A stretch of 64,000 bases of DNA from Lytechinus pictus. Its lineage: Eukaryota. The notes beneath the pieces were generated by a model. It made no database searches, was not told the origin of the DNA, and saw only the letters and a program-made list of their open reading frames with translations. Both the position numbers and the translations under genes were made by a program. Shown in pieces: positions 22,901-34,875 of the stretch. Position 1 is the stretch's first letter, and each line of letters begins with the position of its first letter. Location: the NCBI RefSeq assembly GCF_037042905.1, contig NC_087251.1, positions 3,660,001-3,724,000 on the forward strand, given 5' to 3'.

Positions 22901-25900
22901 TTTCTAGAATCTTAAATTGGAATGACTTTTGTTTGTCTCTTCCCTAGATATATCCTACCTAAATGAGAGACTTGAAGATCTACCTTTAAATGAGACGGAG
23001 TCTGATGTTTCTAGCACAGGGTTTGATAGCTTTAGAAGACATGTGGGTAGACCACATTCTTCACAAGGATTGGTAGGTATACACTCAACATACAATAATG
23101 TACTACTAGATCAAAGCTCTAGGTATACACTCAACATACAATAATGTACTACTAGATCAAAGCTCTAAGTATACACTCAACATACAATAATGTACTACTA
23201 GATCAAAGCTCTAGGTATACACTCAACATACAATAATGTACTACTAGATCAAAGCTCTAGGTATACACTCAACATACAATAATGTACTACTAGGTCAAAG
23301 CTCTAGGTATACACTCAACATACAATAATGTACTACTAGATCAAAGCTCTAGGTATACACTCAACATACAATAATGTACTACTAGATCAAAGCTCTAGGT
23401 ATACACTCAACATACAATAATGTACTACTAGGTCAAAGCTCTAGGTATACACTCAACATACAATAATGTACTACTAGGTCAAAGCTCTAGGTATACACTC
23501 AACATACAATAATGTACTACTAGATCAAAGCTCTAGGTATACACTCAACATACAATAATGTACTACTAGGTCAAAGCTCTAGGTATACACTCAACATACA
23601 ATAATGTACTACTAGGTCAAAGCTCTAGGTATACACTCAACATACAATAATGTACTACTAGGTCAAAGCTCTAGGTATACACTCAACATACAATAATGTA
23701 CTACTAGGTCAAAGCTCGGTTAACTTGAAGACAGTGTTTTTTAATTTAGATTCATAAAAATATGTTTTCTATCATGAATTAGATAAAACAGATACAATAA
23801 TGTTCCCAATAAAAAGGGAATCCACTATTCGGAGAATCACAATCATTAATTATTTTTATTGCAAATTTAAGAGTAACAGGAAGAACAAAATCTCTTCTTG
23901 ATTTTGGACCAAATAAATTTTAAATTGTTTATACATGACGGATAAGGTACAGTGAAAAGTGGGGCAAGTTAGAAAATTTGTGTAGGAATGTGTATTTGGT
24001 GAAAGAAACAAAGAACATTACAAGAAATGATAATGACCCATCTCTTTCATATGCAAGGTTATCAGATCCTTGATAATTATTTTGTGCAGCTTTATTTTGA
24101 CATTGCAATTTAAACTCTCTGGAACTGATGTAATATATTGCCATAAAAATAAGTCAGTGTTGCTGTCTGTTAGTTTGTGAATTGTCCCTTCATTTCTCGT
24201 CTTGTAGAGAATAGTTTGATTATTTTCTTTAAGATTTCGCTTTGATCGACTCGCATACTTTGCACTTCAGATAATTTACCAGTAATATGATTTCTATGGA
24301 TAATTACTTGTGTAATGGTAGTCATGGTAATATTTGTCAGCAGCTAAAATCCAGGTCCCATAGTAATTACCTGTAATTATTTTTTGTACTTCAGAAACCA
24401 GGTTAGAGAAATCAAAATCTGTCATATATAAATCACAAAATATTTCAATAGAAAACATATGACCTAGTTGATTTTTGTTTTTATATCAATGTACAGTACT
24501 CTCACCGACCAGCTGGAAATGATGAGAGTGTATATAAACCACATCTACCACGTTCATGTAAGTAACCATTCATTCAAATGTTATCAGAGGGAAAAATATC
24601 CTTGATATTACAAAATCATTGATCAGATATGTGATTCACATTTGTTAATTTTAACTAAAATACAATATATATTGTATTTGTACATGAAAATCATTTTATA
24701 GTTGGGAAGATACAAAATTATATGTCACTATGGAACTATGTAGCTAGACATTCACACATAGTCTATAAAGATTTGTGAGTCTCAAACAAATGAAGTCATG
24801 AAATGTCGCGGTGAAAGCTTTTGTTTTATAACTTCATTTGGAAGAAATATCCGGGGGGGGGGGGGGGTGGCTGCTGCATGAACCTCCAGTCTTTGAAAGT
24901 AAGGGATGAATGATGCATCTTTCTAAACATTTCATACATACAAAATAGGTTTCTAATTTTTGTCAAAGATAGAAATATGAGTACAGTGTAAGATGAAAAG
25001 AGATCTAAAATAGAAATTTTAATTAGGATATAGTAGATCTGTATTCTGTGAAAACTATTTTGTGTATTTTGTGTTCTTTTGATGACAATCAGATAATTGG
25101 CTATAAACATTGTTGTTGGTAGTTTGTATTGATGATATTGTTAGTCCTCAAAGCTATCCATTTTCTTTATTATTTGCGTATTCTGTTTTATCTTTTTCTC
25201 TTCAGTTATCAGACCATCAAGTGCTAATCCAACATGGAAACACAATAAAAAGACAGACCCTGTAACAAGGTATGTTTTGTTCTATCTATATATCTATCTA
25301 TCTATCCATCTATCTATCTATCTATCTATCCATCCATCCATCCATCCATCCATCCATCCATCCATCCATCCATCCATCCATCCATCCATCCATCCATCCA
25401 TCCATCCATCCATCCATCCATCCATCCATCCATCCATCCATCCATCCATCCATCCATCCATCCATCCATCCATCCATCCATCCATCCATCCATCCATCCA
25501 TCCATCCATCCATCCATCCATCCATCCATCTATCTTGGACTATGTCTATGTGATTGCTATCTTGATAATCTTGTAGAGGATAGGTAACATGATAATTCTA
25601 TGTAGGTTCTGTAGATCATGCTTTATATTCTGGATGTGATTTGGTCAGTGTACTTACAAGGGGATTTAAAAAGAATAAAAGTCACATAGAGTGAGTGAGG
25701 TAAAGAAATTTATCTAAATGCTTAAAGGGGAAGTTCACCCTGATAATAAATTGGTTTGAATAAAGGCAGAAAAGTTCGAAATTTTATTTCATTTTATTCA
25801 AAATCCATCAAAGAATGACAAAGTTATGAATATTTAGTGTTTTTTATTAGTGACATATGCGAGCAGCTCCCCCATAAATTCAAATTTTTAAACGTGATGA

Positions 25901-28342
25901 AGAAAAATATTTTTTCTTACAGAAGGGCTTATGATATGATGTGTCTGATTAAATATCCACCGCATTATCAAAATCACTTTGATTTTTTTAGAAAATTGCA
26001 TTTTGAGGAATTTATATGACACAACATATAAAGGAGCTGCTCATCGGTAACGTCACAAAATCAAACTTTAAAAATTCATAAATCTTACTCTTTCAAAGGT
26101 TTTCATCAAACCTTCATCAGTATTTTTCAAATTTTTGTCCAGTTTTATTTAGGGTAAGCTTCTCCTTCAATACAATATACTTCTTTGTAATTTACTGGTT
26201 GGCCACTACTGCCTTACTCTTGATATTGCTGAGAGGATAAGGTGTTTTCAAAATGTAATAAACAGAATTGAAATGCATTTGTGGAGTACCTTTGAAAGAA
26301 ATATTTTCATATACCTCATCTGTTCTGAATGTCCTTCACTGAATACAAAATGCCTATGTTGGTTATGGGCAGCCATAATTTAACCCTCAATCTCCTGGGG
26401 TATTTTGATTCTTGTCATTCCCGGGGGGGGGGGGGGCCATTATGGCCACCCTTAAGATCTCAGCCGTGGATTGCGCGATCACAACAAAAATTTGCATGAT
26501 GGTAGAGAATGACGTAATCTACGCTGTTGCATTGGTAAATTTCACTTAATTCATATATTTTTATTTTATATGAATTAATTATGCTAATTTATTCATGAAA
26601 TCATACTTTTTGCTCTGATTCACTAAATAAAGCTCCTAGAATGCTATTTTTTGGGTGAAAATATTTTTTATAGCATTCCTAACAATTGTGAATGAAAAAA
26701 ATTATGGTACCAAGACCGATTTCTTATGTATTTTATTGTTTTTTTAATTTCTTATGTATTTCTTTGTTTTTTTACGTTTTGTTTTTTTTATTGTTTTTTC
26801 GATGGAAATTGTTCCAGACTTAATTCTGATCATAAACAAGGCATTATTGGCCCCCCCCCCCCGGGAGAATTAGGGTTAAGATTACTGATGCATACATGTA
26901 CACTTTACATGTTGAGTATTTGAAATAATCATTTCATGCTCTTGTTAGATGTCTTCATTTTATGAGAAATTATAAAGGAATTTATCAAAAACTTTAACTT
27001 AAAAATACACATACTAAAAAGTAGCTGATAAGAATGTGATTTTCATAACCTCAAATTTAAGTAGAGATAACTATAAAATTCACTCTATGAAGTGCAATGA
27101 TTTTTTTTTGCAGACATCAGATGTATCGAGAGCAATGGAATTCTCAGAAGGCTCCAGGAGAAAAGAATCATAAAGGTCTTAGATGGAGTGTGAGGGTAAG
27201 ATTTAAACATCCTTTCCTTTATTTTAAGATAACGAGTAGTACATTGATTTGGGTTTTATCTTGATACAACCACTGATTTGTGCCTTGTACTTCTGAAATA
27301 GTAGTTATTGCCAGCATTAATTTGGAGTTTTATTTTTATTATAAATCTAAGAATCTCCATATGATCAAATAATAATGATAACTAATATAGTATGTGTGCC
27401 AATGATTTGCTGCCTGAAATGACTGTGTCGTCCCATAAGACCAAAACCCACTCTTCATGTAGCTTAAGAGATAGATACATGTATTTCGCATTTAAGTTTC
27501 ACCTTAGTGTATCGCACTCTGCTTTACTGTGTGGTCTGTGACTCATTAGTCTTTATGGTTTAGTGAGCTGTTTAATTCATGGGCCTATTTTACTTGGTTT
27601 CTAGCTCGAAAGCTGATGTGACATATTTCCTTACTTGCAGGCTGTCTGAATCATGAATGTCTGTTGCATTGACTTTACCTAAAATGACAGAGGCTCAGTT
27701 TTCTGGTTTCCAGAGAGAGAGAGAGAGGGGGGGGGGGCATTGTGTGATTTTATGATATCAGTTGAGATGGCCCTGCTTTGAACCAGATTCTGTTCAGTCA
27801 TTTAGCCAACACCCAATGCCGAATCAGAGATTAGCTTGATACTATGCAGATTGTGTGCTTATTATTAAAACCAGTGAGGTATATATTGTTTACCAAAGTG
27901 TGATGCATAACGACCAATACCAACTAGCTATTTACAATTTTGTGGTCTCTTCAGCTCAAAATGATTGTCTTTGCTTCAGTCAATTTAATTTGCAGCTCTG
28001 TGTAATCCTGATAAGCTATATAAATATTATAATTCTGAAAGCAAAGTAAAGGAATGAACTAGCAGTATGAAAAATTAACTTTCCTTTAATTTCTTTTTTC
28101 ATTAACTCATGCAGTACAAGAACGTGTAAAAATCATCTGAAAATTTTGTTTTCCACTTTATTTTTCTTGTGTAGGAACTGATGATGTATAAAGATGAGAT
28201 TGTTCAGCCGAGGTCTAAACCACGAGTCTATGTTCCTAACAATTACGTGATTCCTTCTGACAAGAAACGTCAAGCGCTTCGATGGGCAGTCAGAACTCAA
28301 TTAGCTCATAGAGAAATGCCTTCAACCTCATTCGATTTGTAA
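13878..28342 (+). CDS. HYLS1: HYLS1 (hydrolethalus syndrome protein 1, centriole/ciliogenesis protein) orthologue, 10 coding exons, 378 aa
   Basis: join(13878-13980,15773-15826,18360-18499,18734-19017,22357-22412,22948-23072,24497-24557,25206-25269,27114-27195,28175-28342) = 1137 nt, all GT-AG with matching phases. Motifs [82 protein letters not shown] match HYLS1 family boxes. Confidence 0.93.
14654..15003 (-). mobile_element. tRNA-derived SINE
   Basis: Minus strand begins gagccgtggtgtagtggtt (A box) ... gttcgaatccc (B box), has a central gacccagg...aatgggtacccgg block and an (ATT)n tail; related to the copy at 31597. Confidence 0.9.
15223..15497. mobile_element. Degenerate MITE (Harbinger-like termini)
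   Basis: ctagggcacgtattctgaa ... ttcagaatattggcctag imperfect inverted ends. Confidence 0.45.
15773..15826 (+). CDS. HYLS1: HYLS1 coding exon 2
   Basis: aacag|ATCTTGAG...TCAA|gtgagt; [18 protein letters not shown]; phase 1-1. Confidence 0.88.
16102..17939. mobile_element. PIF/Harbinger-like non-autonomous or decayed element
   Basis: TIR caggggggcgtttcatcaa / ttgatgaaacacccccctg (18/19); subterminal ccgac(t/a)att repeats; possible frameshifted AI(D)-CTHI transposase remnant on the minus strand near 17230-17262. Confidence 0.82.
18360..18499 (+). CDS. HYLS1: HYLS1 coding exon 3
   Basis: gcacag|ATATTAGT...GAACAA|gtaagt; phase 1-0; Ser/Arg-rich linker. Confidence 0.82.
18734..19017 (+). CDS. 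HYLS1: HYLS1 coding exon 4
   Basis: ctgcag|CCTACC...GTGAG|gtattt; ends in MKRKVVR; phase 0-2. Confidence 0.88.
19126..20175. mobile_element. hAT-like non-autonomous element with 6-bp TSD
   Basis: 13-bp TIR CAGGGATGCCACT / AGTGGCATCCCTG; GTTAAA directly repeated at 19120-19125 and 20176-20181. Confidence 0.85.
20202..21753. mobile_element. Non-autonomous TIR element with asymmetric internal inverted repeat
   Basis: Ends ttaggaagtccattcg / cgaagtggaccttcctaa; inner inverted arms at ~20533-20615 and ~21665-21736 (ttttgtgacc..taagctccgcccctcact..gtagattgtagagttgattt); 19-bp tandem tacgcgcacacaattgaag near 20219. Confidence 0.7.
22357..22412 (+). CDS. HYLS1: HYLS1 coding exon 5
   Basis: tcacag|GAAACGAGATGG...TCTG|gtgagt; [18 protein letters not shown]. 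Confidence 0.9.
22773..22885 (-). mobile_element. 5'-truncated SINE 3' end
   Basis: (AAT)n tail plus ccccggctttagctcgagctgcc, the reverse complement of the 3' part of the SINE at ~31780-31810. Confidence 0.65.
22948..23072 (+). CDS. HYLS1: HYLS1 coding exon 6
   Basis: ccctag|ATATATCC...GGATTG|gtaggt; phase 1-0. Confidence 0.85.
23074..23717 (+). repeat. Minisatellite, 14 x 46 bp, nearly identical units
   Basis: Unit taggtatacactcaacatacaataatgtactactag(a/g)tcaaagctc; 644 bp = 14 units. Confidence 0.97.
24497..24557 (+). CDS. HYLS1: HYLS1 coding exon 7
   Basis: gtacag|TACTCT...TCAT|gtaagt; [20 protein letters not shown]. Confidence 0.85.
25206..25269 (+). CDS. HYLS1: HYLS1 coding exon 8
   Basis: cttcag|TTATCAGA...ACAAG|gtatgt; [22 protein letters not shown]. 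Confidence 0.9.
25281..25534 (+). repeat. Compound (TCTA)n/(TCCA)n microsatellite
   Basis: About 50 pure TCCA units preceded by TCTA units, starting ~12 nt after the exon 8 donor. Confidence 0.97.
25726..26166. mobile_element. Kolobok/T2-type MITE (degenerate), same family as 62150-62565
   Basis: ttaa|aggggaagttcaccctga left end; decayed right end agggtaagcttctcct. Confidence 0.7.
26384..26875. mobile_element. piggyBac-like MITE
   Basis: TTAA on both sides; termini CCCTCAATCTCCTGGGG / CCCCGGGAGAATTAGGG. Confidence 0.78.
27114..27195 (+). CDS. HYLS1: HYLS1 coding exon 9
   Basis: ttgcag|ACATCAG...GTGAGG|gtaaga; [27 protein letters not shown]. Confidence 0.92.
28175..28342 (+). CDS. HYLS1: HYLS1 coding exon 10 (stop)
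   Basis: gtgtag|GAACTG...; [58 protein letters not shown]. Confidence 0.93.
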   Translation, partial: ELMMYKDEIVQPRSKPRVYVPNNYVIPSDKKRQALRWAVRTQLAHREMPSTSFDL

Positions 28343-29535
28343 TAGTAATTGTCGAATTCTTAATCCACATTGATATCAACTGGGCCCAAGGTGTTCCCAT
28401 CATTCCTATTCTATCATTAAAAGGATTGTAGTAGCCATCTTTGAAATTAAAACAAAGTTTACTATCAGTATGCAATACATGAATATTCATGCCGCATGTG
28501 CTAGTATAATTAAATGAAATGATGATTTACCTTATATAGTATTGAGTGGAGAGTGTGATTTTACTCTTATCACAGCCAAGAGGCAGATCATGTTGCTACG
28601 TACATATCGCAGTCAAGTAATTGTAAATCAGTGGTATCGATATTCATACGATACTATGGTGTGACTCTTTTTCTTCTTTCCCACTATCTTATTGTGAATT
28701 ATCCCCCAAACTAACAGCGTAACTTGAGTATACATTGTAGCTGACAAGGTTAATATAATGCCCAGGCAAGCAAAATATAATAAAGCATGATATATCACAA
28801 AAAATTACAGCAAATGAATGAAATCCAGCCCACTATTCCACAGAGCAGTGTAAATGGAATGCAGGGCATAAACGTAGTGGTGAGGACAAGGCATTTCCTA
28901 TCTTTACTGAGTACAAGATGAAGTATGATGGGGTGTCCAAACTTTGCAGACTTTATGTTGATTCTAGTTATATACAAGACATCTTTTACAAGATATGTCA
29001 AAAATCATATTTCAAGTGAACCAGAATATATTGTAAAACATTCTCTCACGCAAAAGTTTCAATAGTCTCTTGTAAAACTATCATTATACAGCTAAATTGA
29101 ATTGCTTACCATTAGCTCTCACTCAGCAGAAATGTGTCCTTACTTGGTCGATTATGTTTGCTACCCTCTTGTAACAATTTTTGTGCACAATGATGTCATG
29201 TTATGGACTGAGAATTTTTTAGAATTAGCCATTTTATTTCTAAATAGTGTTGTGTATTCAGGATATGAATTATTAGTCTGGGAGGGTAATGAAGAAACTT
29301 TATATGCAGTTCAAATCATGGTATTTATTTATAAATAATCAGCTACATTTACAATTCGAAGTACATGAAGATATCACTGAAGATTCAGATAAACAGGAGA
29401 CGATGGATATAATATTCTAAAGTATAAGATTGAAATTCTGAATATTGGATGGATGTGTAATTCTTGATGTCAGTCAGTCTATCTGGTTGAGTGTGGGTCT
29501 AGTATATACAGTGTCTCTCTAATAATCAGGAAGTC

Positions 29536-29950
29536 TTATTGTATCCCCCGAACAGAGTTCGGAGGATACTATGGATTTGGCCTCGCCGCGTCCGCCGCCG
29601 CAGAGATTTCCTTGTGAGCGCTCTATCAGCCGCATTTCTTCTCCGATCATCTTTGAATGTGGCATGAAGGTCCATTATGCTAATAGCAGAGATGTCCTTG
29701 TGAGCGCTCTATCAGCCGCATTTCTTCTCCGATCATCTTTGAATGTGGCATGAAGGTCCATTATGCTAAAGCGAAGCCGCCTATTGATTTTGGTGTGGGC
29801 GGAGACATCGTTGCCATGGTAACAAGAGTTCTTGTGGAATAGCAGAGATGTCCTTGTGAGCGCTCTACCAGCTGCATTTCTTCTCCGATCATCTTTGAAT
29901 GTGGCATGAAGGTCCATTATGCTAAAACAAAGCCGCCTATTGATTTTGAC
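29536..29950 (+). mobile_element. Truncated Helentron-type (HINE/DINE-1-like) non-autonomous element with internal repeats
   Basis: T-rich start, 5' hairpin gtatcccccgaac-aga-gttcggaggatac (29541-29569), (ccg)n tract, three copies of a tgtgagcgctcta...gaaggtccattatgctaa unit (~29602, 29688, 29844). Confidence 0.65.
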
Positions 29951-30764
29951 ATATGATTAGTTTTGGGGTTGTAACAATTTAAGGTGGAAGTGATCTAAAC
30001 TTGCTCTGATTGGTCTACAGGTAACTATCTATCAAACTTTCATTGGTATAAGGGTGCGGTGATGCTCTGTGCAGAGGCTAGGGCTGGTATTGTGAGTCAT
30101 ACTTCTTTAACTTGTGTTCTTTGAAGTTAGCTGACATCTCTGAGGGTTGATCTTTTATGGTCAGAGTTTAGGAGTTCAATGGTAATGGGGGTTTTGGAAT
30201 TCTATAAACAAGTGAATGTGAATGACTGAAAGGATAACAGGAAGTTAAAGTACATACTACATAACATTAGTGGCTGCTGATGATTATTGGTTTGGTAAAT
30301 GGTAAACTGGAGACCTGTTTCTTTTTCTAACGAATAAGCTTTTAATTAATGTGTATTGGTCTTAGAGATGATTGAGTTGAATTTGATAGAACTCATATTT
30401 GAAGTGTATTTTGTCAATTGTATTTCCTTCTCAGTGTGTCCATTTAAGGCCAATATGTGATATTTTACATCTGTTAGCATTTTTTTTCTTTATAGATATT
30501 TTCATAAATCCTTCTCTGACTACTTCATTCTCACTTATTCCATTTCATTTGAAATTCATAAATATGTGGCCCTATATTTTCTCCCATCCTTTCCCTCAAT
30601 CATTCCTCTCATTGTTTTTCTTTCTCTAAAATTCAACATATTCATTGTGCAGTATTTATATTTTTGAAAATTCCAATAAAAGTAATAAGAATTAAGAATG
30701 AAAATTGGATTTTCCCCTCACTTCTCTAATTCTGAAGTTGCGTGCATGCAGCTGCATGTAGATA

Positions 30765-31200
30765 TATTGAAATGGCTTGTTCCCATTCTGATGGAATCTT
30801 CCCTTCATGCATTAGTTTATTGAATATAATTTTAAGTGGTTTGGCAATCTCACTATGGGTTTCCTTCAACACACGCGAGTGAATACCATCAGGGCCTTGA
30901 GATTTGTTGAGGTCCAGATGCACTAACAGATCATCTATTTCTTCACTTCTGAATTCATTATTAGGAGTGCTACATCTTGAGTCAAGTACTGGAACTGTAT
31001 GTCTGTCCTCTAGTGAGAAAACACTACCAAAGTAATCATTCAAAATCTCTGCTTTCTTATGGTCCTCTCTAGCCCATGTTCCATCAGGTGGTTGTAGATC
31101 ATACAGTGATCTACTCTTGATTTGTCTCCTTGTTTACATATTTCCATAAGCTTTTGACATTTAGCTTGATTTCTTCTGCTAATTTATTCTCAAAGTTAGA
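30765..31200 (-). pseudogene. CR1-clade LINE ORF2 fragment (linker upstream of the RT core)
   Basis: FENKLAEEIKLNVKSLWKYV...KAEILNDYFGSVFS...LDLNKSQGPDGIHSRVLKE...IAKPLKIIFN...GKIPSEWEQA, disrupted and truncated. Confidence 0.85.
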
Positions 31201-31449
31201 TTTTGATTTTGAATACGGGCCTATGAGCCCAGATGCTTTGACTCTGTAGGATTATCTGTAGGTCCGGAGGAAATTTAACAACGCTTTTTCTATTGAGACT
31301 TGGGTGGTGGAGTTGACTTTCTCCTATCCAGGAAAGCTTTGATGTTTGAACATGATGAAGAGGGGCTTGGGTTACATGGTGTTGGTGTTTCCTCTTCACG
31401 AATCTCTGTCACTTATTTTGGTCTAGTGACCCTCTCTTCGTCTACCTCC

Positions 31450-32120
31450 GCCATGTTGAATGGATGTATTCCTGCATTTTGGAATGCTGCTTAGGGTTTT
31501 CTTCCTTCATTGACTGCAGGAATGATTGACAGATGAGGAATGTCATGTCATATCTTGTGATCGATTGCCCAGGATGAGAAATTAGAAAGACTGTAGCGGG
31601 TGCGTCGTGGTCTAGTGGTTGTGACTCGCCTTTCAAACAGAGGGTCGTGGGTTCGAATCCTAACTATGGCGTGTTTTCCTTCAGCAAGAAATTTATCCGC
31701 ACTGTGCTGCACTCGACCCAGGTGAGGTGAATGGGTACCCGGCAGGATTAATTCCTTGCATGCACTGAGCGCCGGTGATGGTAGCTTGAGCTAAAGCTGG
31801 GTAATAATAGCAGCGCTTTGTATCCTCGGGCAAAAGGCGCTTTATAAATACAGCTATTATTATTATTATTATTAGACTATGTTGTATAATGTTTCCATTG
31901 GTCCAAAACAGCCAATGTCAAGGGATTGTAGGATGTGACTGGTGTGAGGATGCAAGAGGAACAATATGATATTGTTACAGTGAGCTTCTTTGATGAGTGG
32001 GATGGAGATGTGTCTATTATGACTGTCTTAGAGTAGTAGCACCCTCTGCTCTGGATCTCTGGTGGGGAGGTAAAGAAGAAGTGTCTTCATAAAAATATGC
32101 AGCCATAACCCTCAAAACAA
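31450..32120 (-). pseudogene. Decayed pogo/Tigger-like DDE transposase, interrupted by a SINE
   Basis: VLLL*DSHNRHISIPLIKEAHCNNIILFLLHPHTSHILQSLDIGCFGPM (cf. LLDGH.SH...LPPHTSH.LQPLD...FGP), resuming after the SINE as HPGQSITRYD...AAFQNAGIHPFN with a frameshift. Confidence 0.85.
31597..31873 (+). mobile_element. tRNA-derived SINE
   Basis: A box tggtctagtgg, B box ggttcgaatcc, central gacccaggtgaggtgaatgggtacccgg, (ATT)n tail. Confidence 0.9.
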
Positions 32121-32179
32121 AACTTTCTTAAATGTTGTCACTCTTCTATATATACCACAAATATCTTGACGTGTGCAGT

Positions 32180-32360
32180 ATTAGCACAGCTCCTCCTCGT
32201 AAGTCGATATGTTGAAGAATTCCACTTCTATTGAATCAATCAATAGATTTTTGAACTTGTCTGAATCATCGAAGCTATCTAGCGGGTCAAGACGATCACA
32301 GAAAATATGCTCCCTTCTAAGGACAGCACCATCAAGAGCCTCTATTAGTGCTGCCATTTT
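32180..32360 (-). pseudogene. Harbinger/HARBI1-like transposase N-terminal fragment
   Basis: MAALIEALDGAVLRREHIFCDRLDPLDSFDD resembles the RRER.FRDR.NPL...DD N-terminus of Harbinger transposases; short and truncated. Confidence 0.55.
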
Positions 32361-34875
32361 CAGAAGCTGAGGCAGCAAAATTGCATTCAAACTTCGAAAG
32401 GATATTTTTTTAATAATTAAGGGTGAGTAAGATAGTTTCAATTATTTCCAGTGTTAGATTCTATTTCAATTCATTTAATTCTTTCTTTTCTTTCATCTCT
32501 TGAACACAGCACAGATTTAAGCCACATTGACTCTGAGTGAGAGATGTGCATGCATGCGCCCCAATGGGCCCACCTTAATAAAGACCTATCACTCATTCTT
32601 ATCTTTTCTCTCCCAAACTCTAAATTGTCCATTATATTTTGTTTTTCTCTCCAAAGTTTATTTATTTTTACTCTTTTTGTAGACTTACACTCATCTCATG
32701 AATCCACTATCGATTGGTTTATGTTAATTTTTGTAAGAATCTTGTTACTTGGTGGTGTTTTAGGTGAAAAAAATCAATGTACTTCTAGTAAGAAAATCCT
32801 AAAGGTATGCCCTGCTCATTGTGTGTTTAAACTATGGCACGATATTTGCTCTGTATTCTCGATGTACTACAGGTCAGGTTCAGACCCAGCCGGGTTTAGG
32901 ACACAATAGCGTTGAGAGGCCGAATATTGTGCGCAAACACTACAGCCCCTGAAATAGTATCATATGCATCCTGGCTGGATCTGCAGATGCCTATAAGAAA
33001 AGATTCCTATGCAAGCTGTCCACAAGCACTATCATATTATAAGAATTTAAGATGTCACACTGTGGTATAGTCTATGTAGATTCGCCATCAGAGTCTACTC
33101 TGGTTATACCTCACGCTTGTACTCATCAGTAGCGCATACACAAAGTAGTGAATGTAACAGTGGTATGTTCATTTAGGTAGCATCAAAACCTAGAATATAT
33201 CAATCTTTGTAGCTCTTGTGACATGATACTATTTTTGAACTATTACTGATTCTAAGTTATTCTAATATATGTCATTTGCCTTCCAGTAAGAGTACTCTTG
33301 AAAATATGTAATATAAGTTTGCTTTCTTTGTGTACATGTATATATACAGTAGTATTTTATTGTAGGAAAAGTGTGAATAAATCCTCATGAGCAATATCAT
33401 GATTCTTAAGAAAGCTAATACTATGTATCGAATCTTCATTTTGTTTAATAAACCTACAACAAGCAAATGAAACTAGTAAGTATTAACAAACAGCAAAAAA
33501 TTCAATTCAAACTGAGATTGTATATTTTAGTTGATTCTCTCATAAATATATATAATTTTATATATTTCTCACAATTGTTAGAAAAGAAAACAAACTTTCA
33601 ATTCACAAAAAGAATATTTCAATATTGCAAACCCTAAAAAACAATAGTACAGTGAAAAAGAAAAGAGGTTACCTTATATATAGTACAATTTTCATTTAAC
33701 ATTATATTGGATAATGAATATGGCTGTTAACAGGCCATTATTACAAATACCTTATAAATCAGATTTTTTCGATGTACAATCACCTTTGATTACACGCATG
33801 AATTAACATTGATTTTTCTCTTTCCTTGTCTATACATAAAAAAATGGACAATACAAAACACATTACAGTTACCGATGTGAGTACTGAAAGTTTATACACT
33901 TGAGAAAGTGTTACATGAGATGGCACTAAAATGGAATATATTAAATTGATTGCAAAACACAACAAAGACATAGATGAAAAATATCTGAGGGAAGGGGAAG
34001 AGTGCTTAATAGTTCCATTTGGGAAACTTGAAAATTAAATGAACAGGTATGGAAATTAATGAACCATTAAAGTCTACATAAAAGGTCACGTCCATTCCAG
34101 CACAAACTTGGTTTGAATAAAAAGAGACAGTCTAAAATGAAAGAGTGGATAATGTTAGATGTTCTCTGTTAGGAAATTCAATAAAATGTGTACGTACGAC
34201 GGCTAGATGTATATGTATGCCCTTTATGAAATAACTTGTCTCTTGTTTTCTCATGAAAATTTGCAATGCTTTCAAATTATCATTGCTTTAACCAGTAGCT
34301 GAAAAGCAGTAAGAATGGGTAAAAATCTGGGTCGGGCTTACTGATACTAGTATTTGATTGAATTTCCAATTAGCATGTACATTGAAGTGTTGTTGGGTTG
34401 AACATGACTTTGAATCTTCAGCCAGGAAACAGTGTTTGGAATATAGCAAGCCTCATTTGGAAAGATAACAGAGAGAGTTGGGAGGGGATGGTGGAAAAGA
34501 TGAATGTGGTGGAATTGAAGGAGATCTGGGGCATAGGTGTACTGGTAAATGAGGAAGCTGTTATAGCAAGGTTTGGATGTGTGAAATTTAGGAATATGGA
34601 GAATTGCTTCTTAAGAAAATATTTCCTTTGAAGATGATGTATGCACTGGCGGATCCAGGGGGGTGGGGGCACAGCCCACTTGTGCCTCCTCTTTTGAGAG
34701 GTACTATCAAAATTTGTAATGTAAATATGCCGTAAAAACACAAGTGTGCCTCCTCTTTTGAAAGTGAGGACCCTTTTTTTCCTTTTACTTGTCAAATTTT
34801 TAGTGGATGAAATTTCCATAATTTTTTAGTAAAACCTGTGAATTTGAGATGGGAGGTTGAAGGAGGGAATGGCAG

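Noticed and set aside
23074..23717. CRISPR-like regular array
   Set aside because: Units are contiguous and identical with no unique spacers or cas genes; it is a eukaryotic intronic minisatellite.
25272..25576. ORFs encoding (IHPS)n and (MDGW)n
   Set aside because: Translations of a TCCA microsatellite inside an intron.
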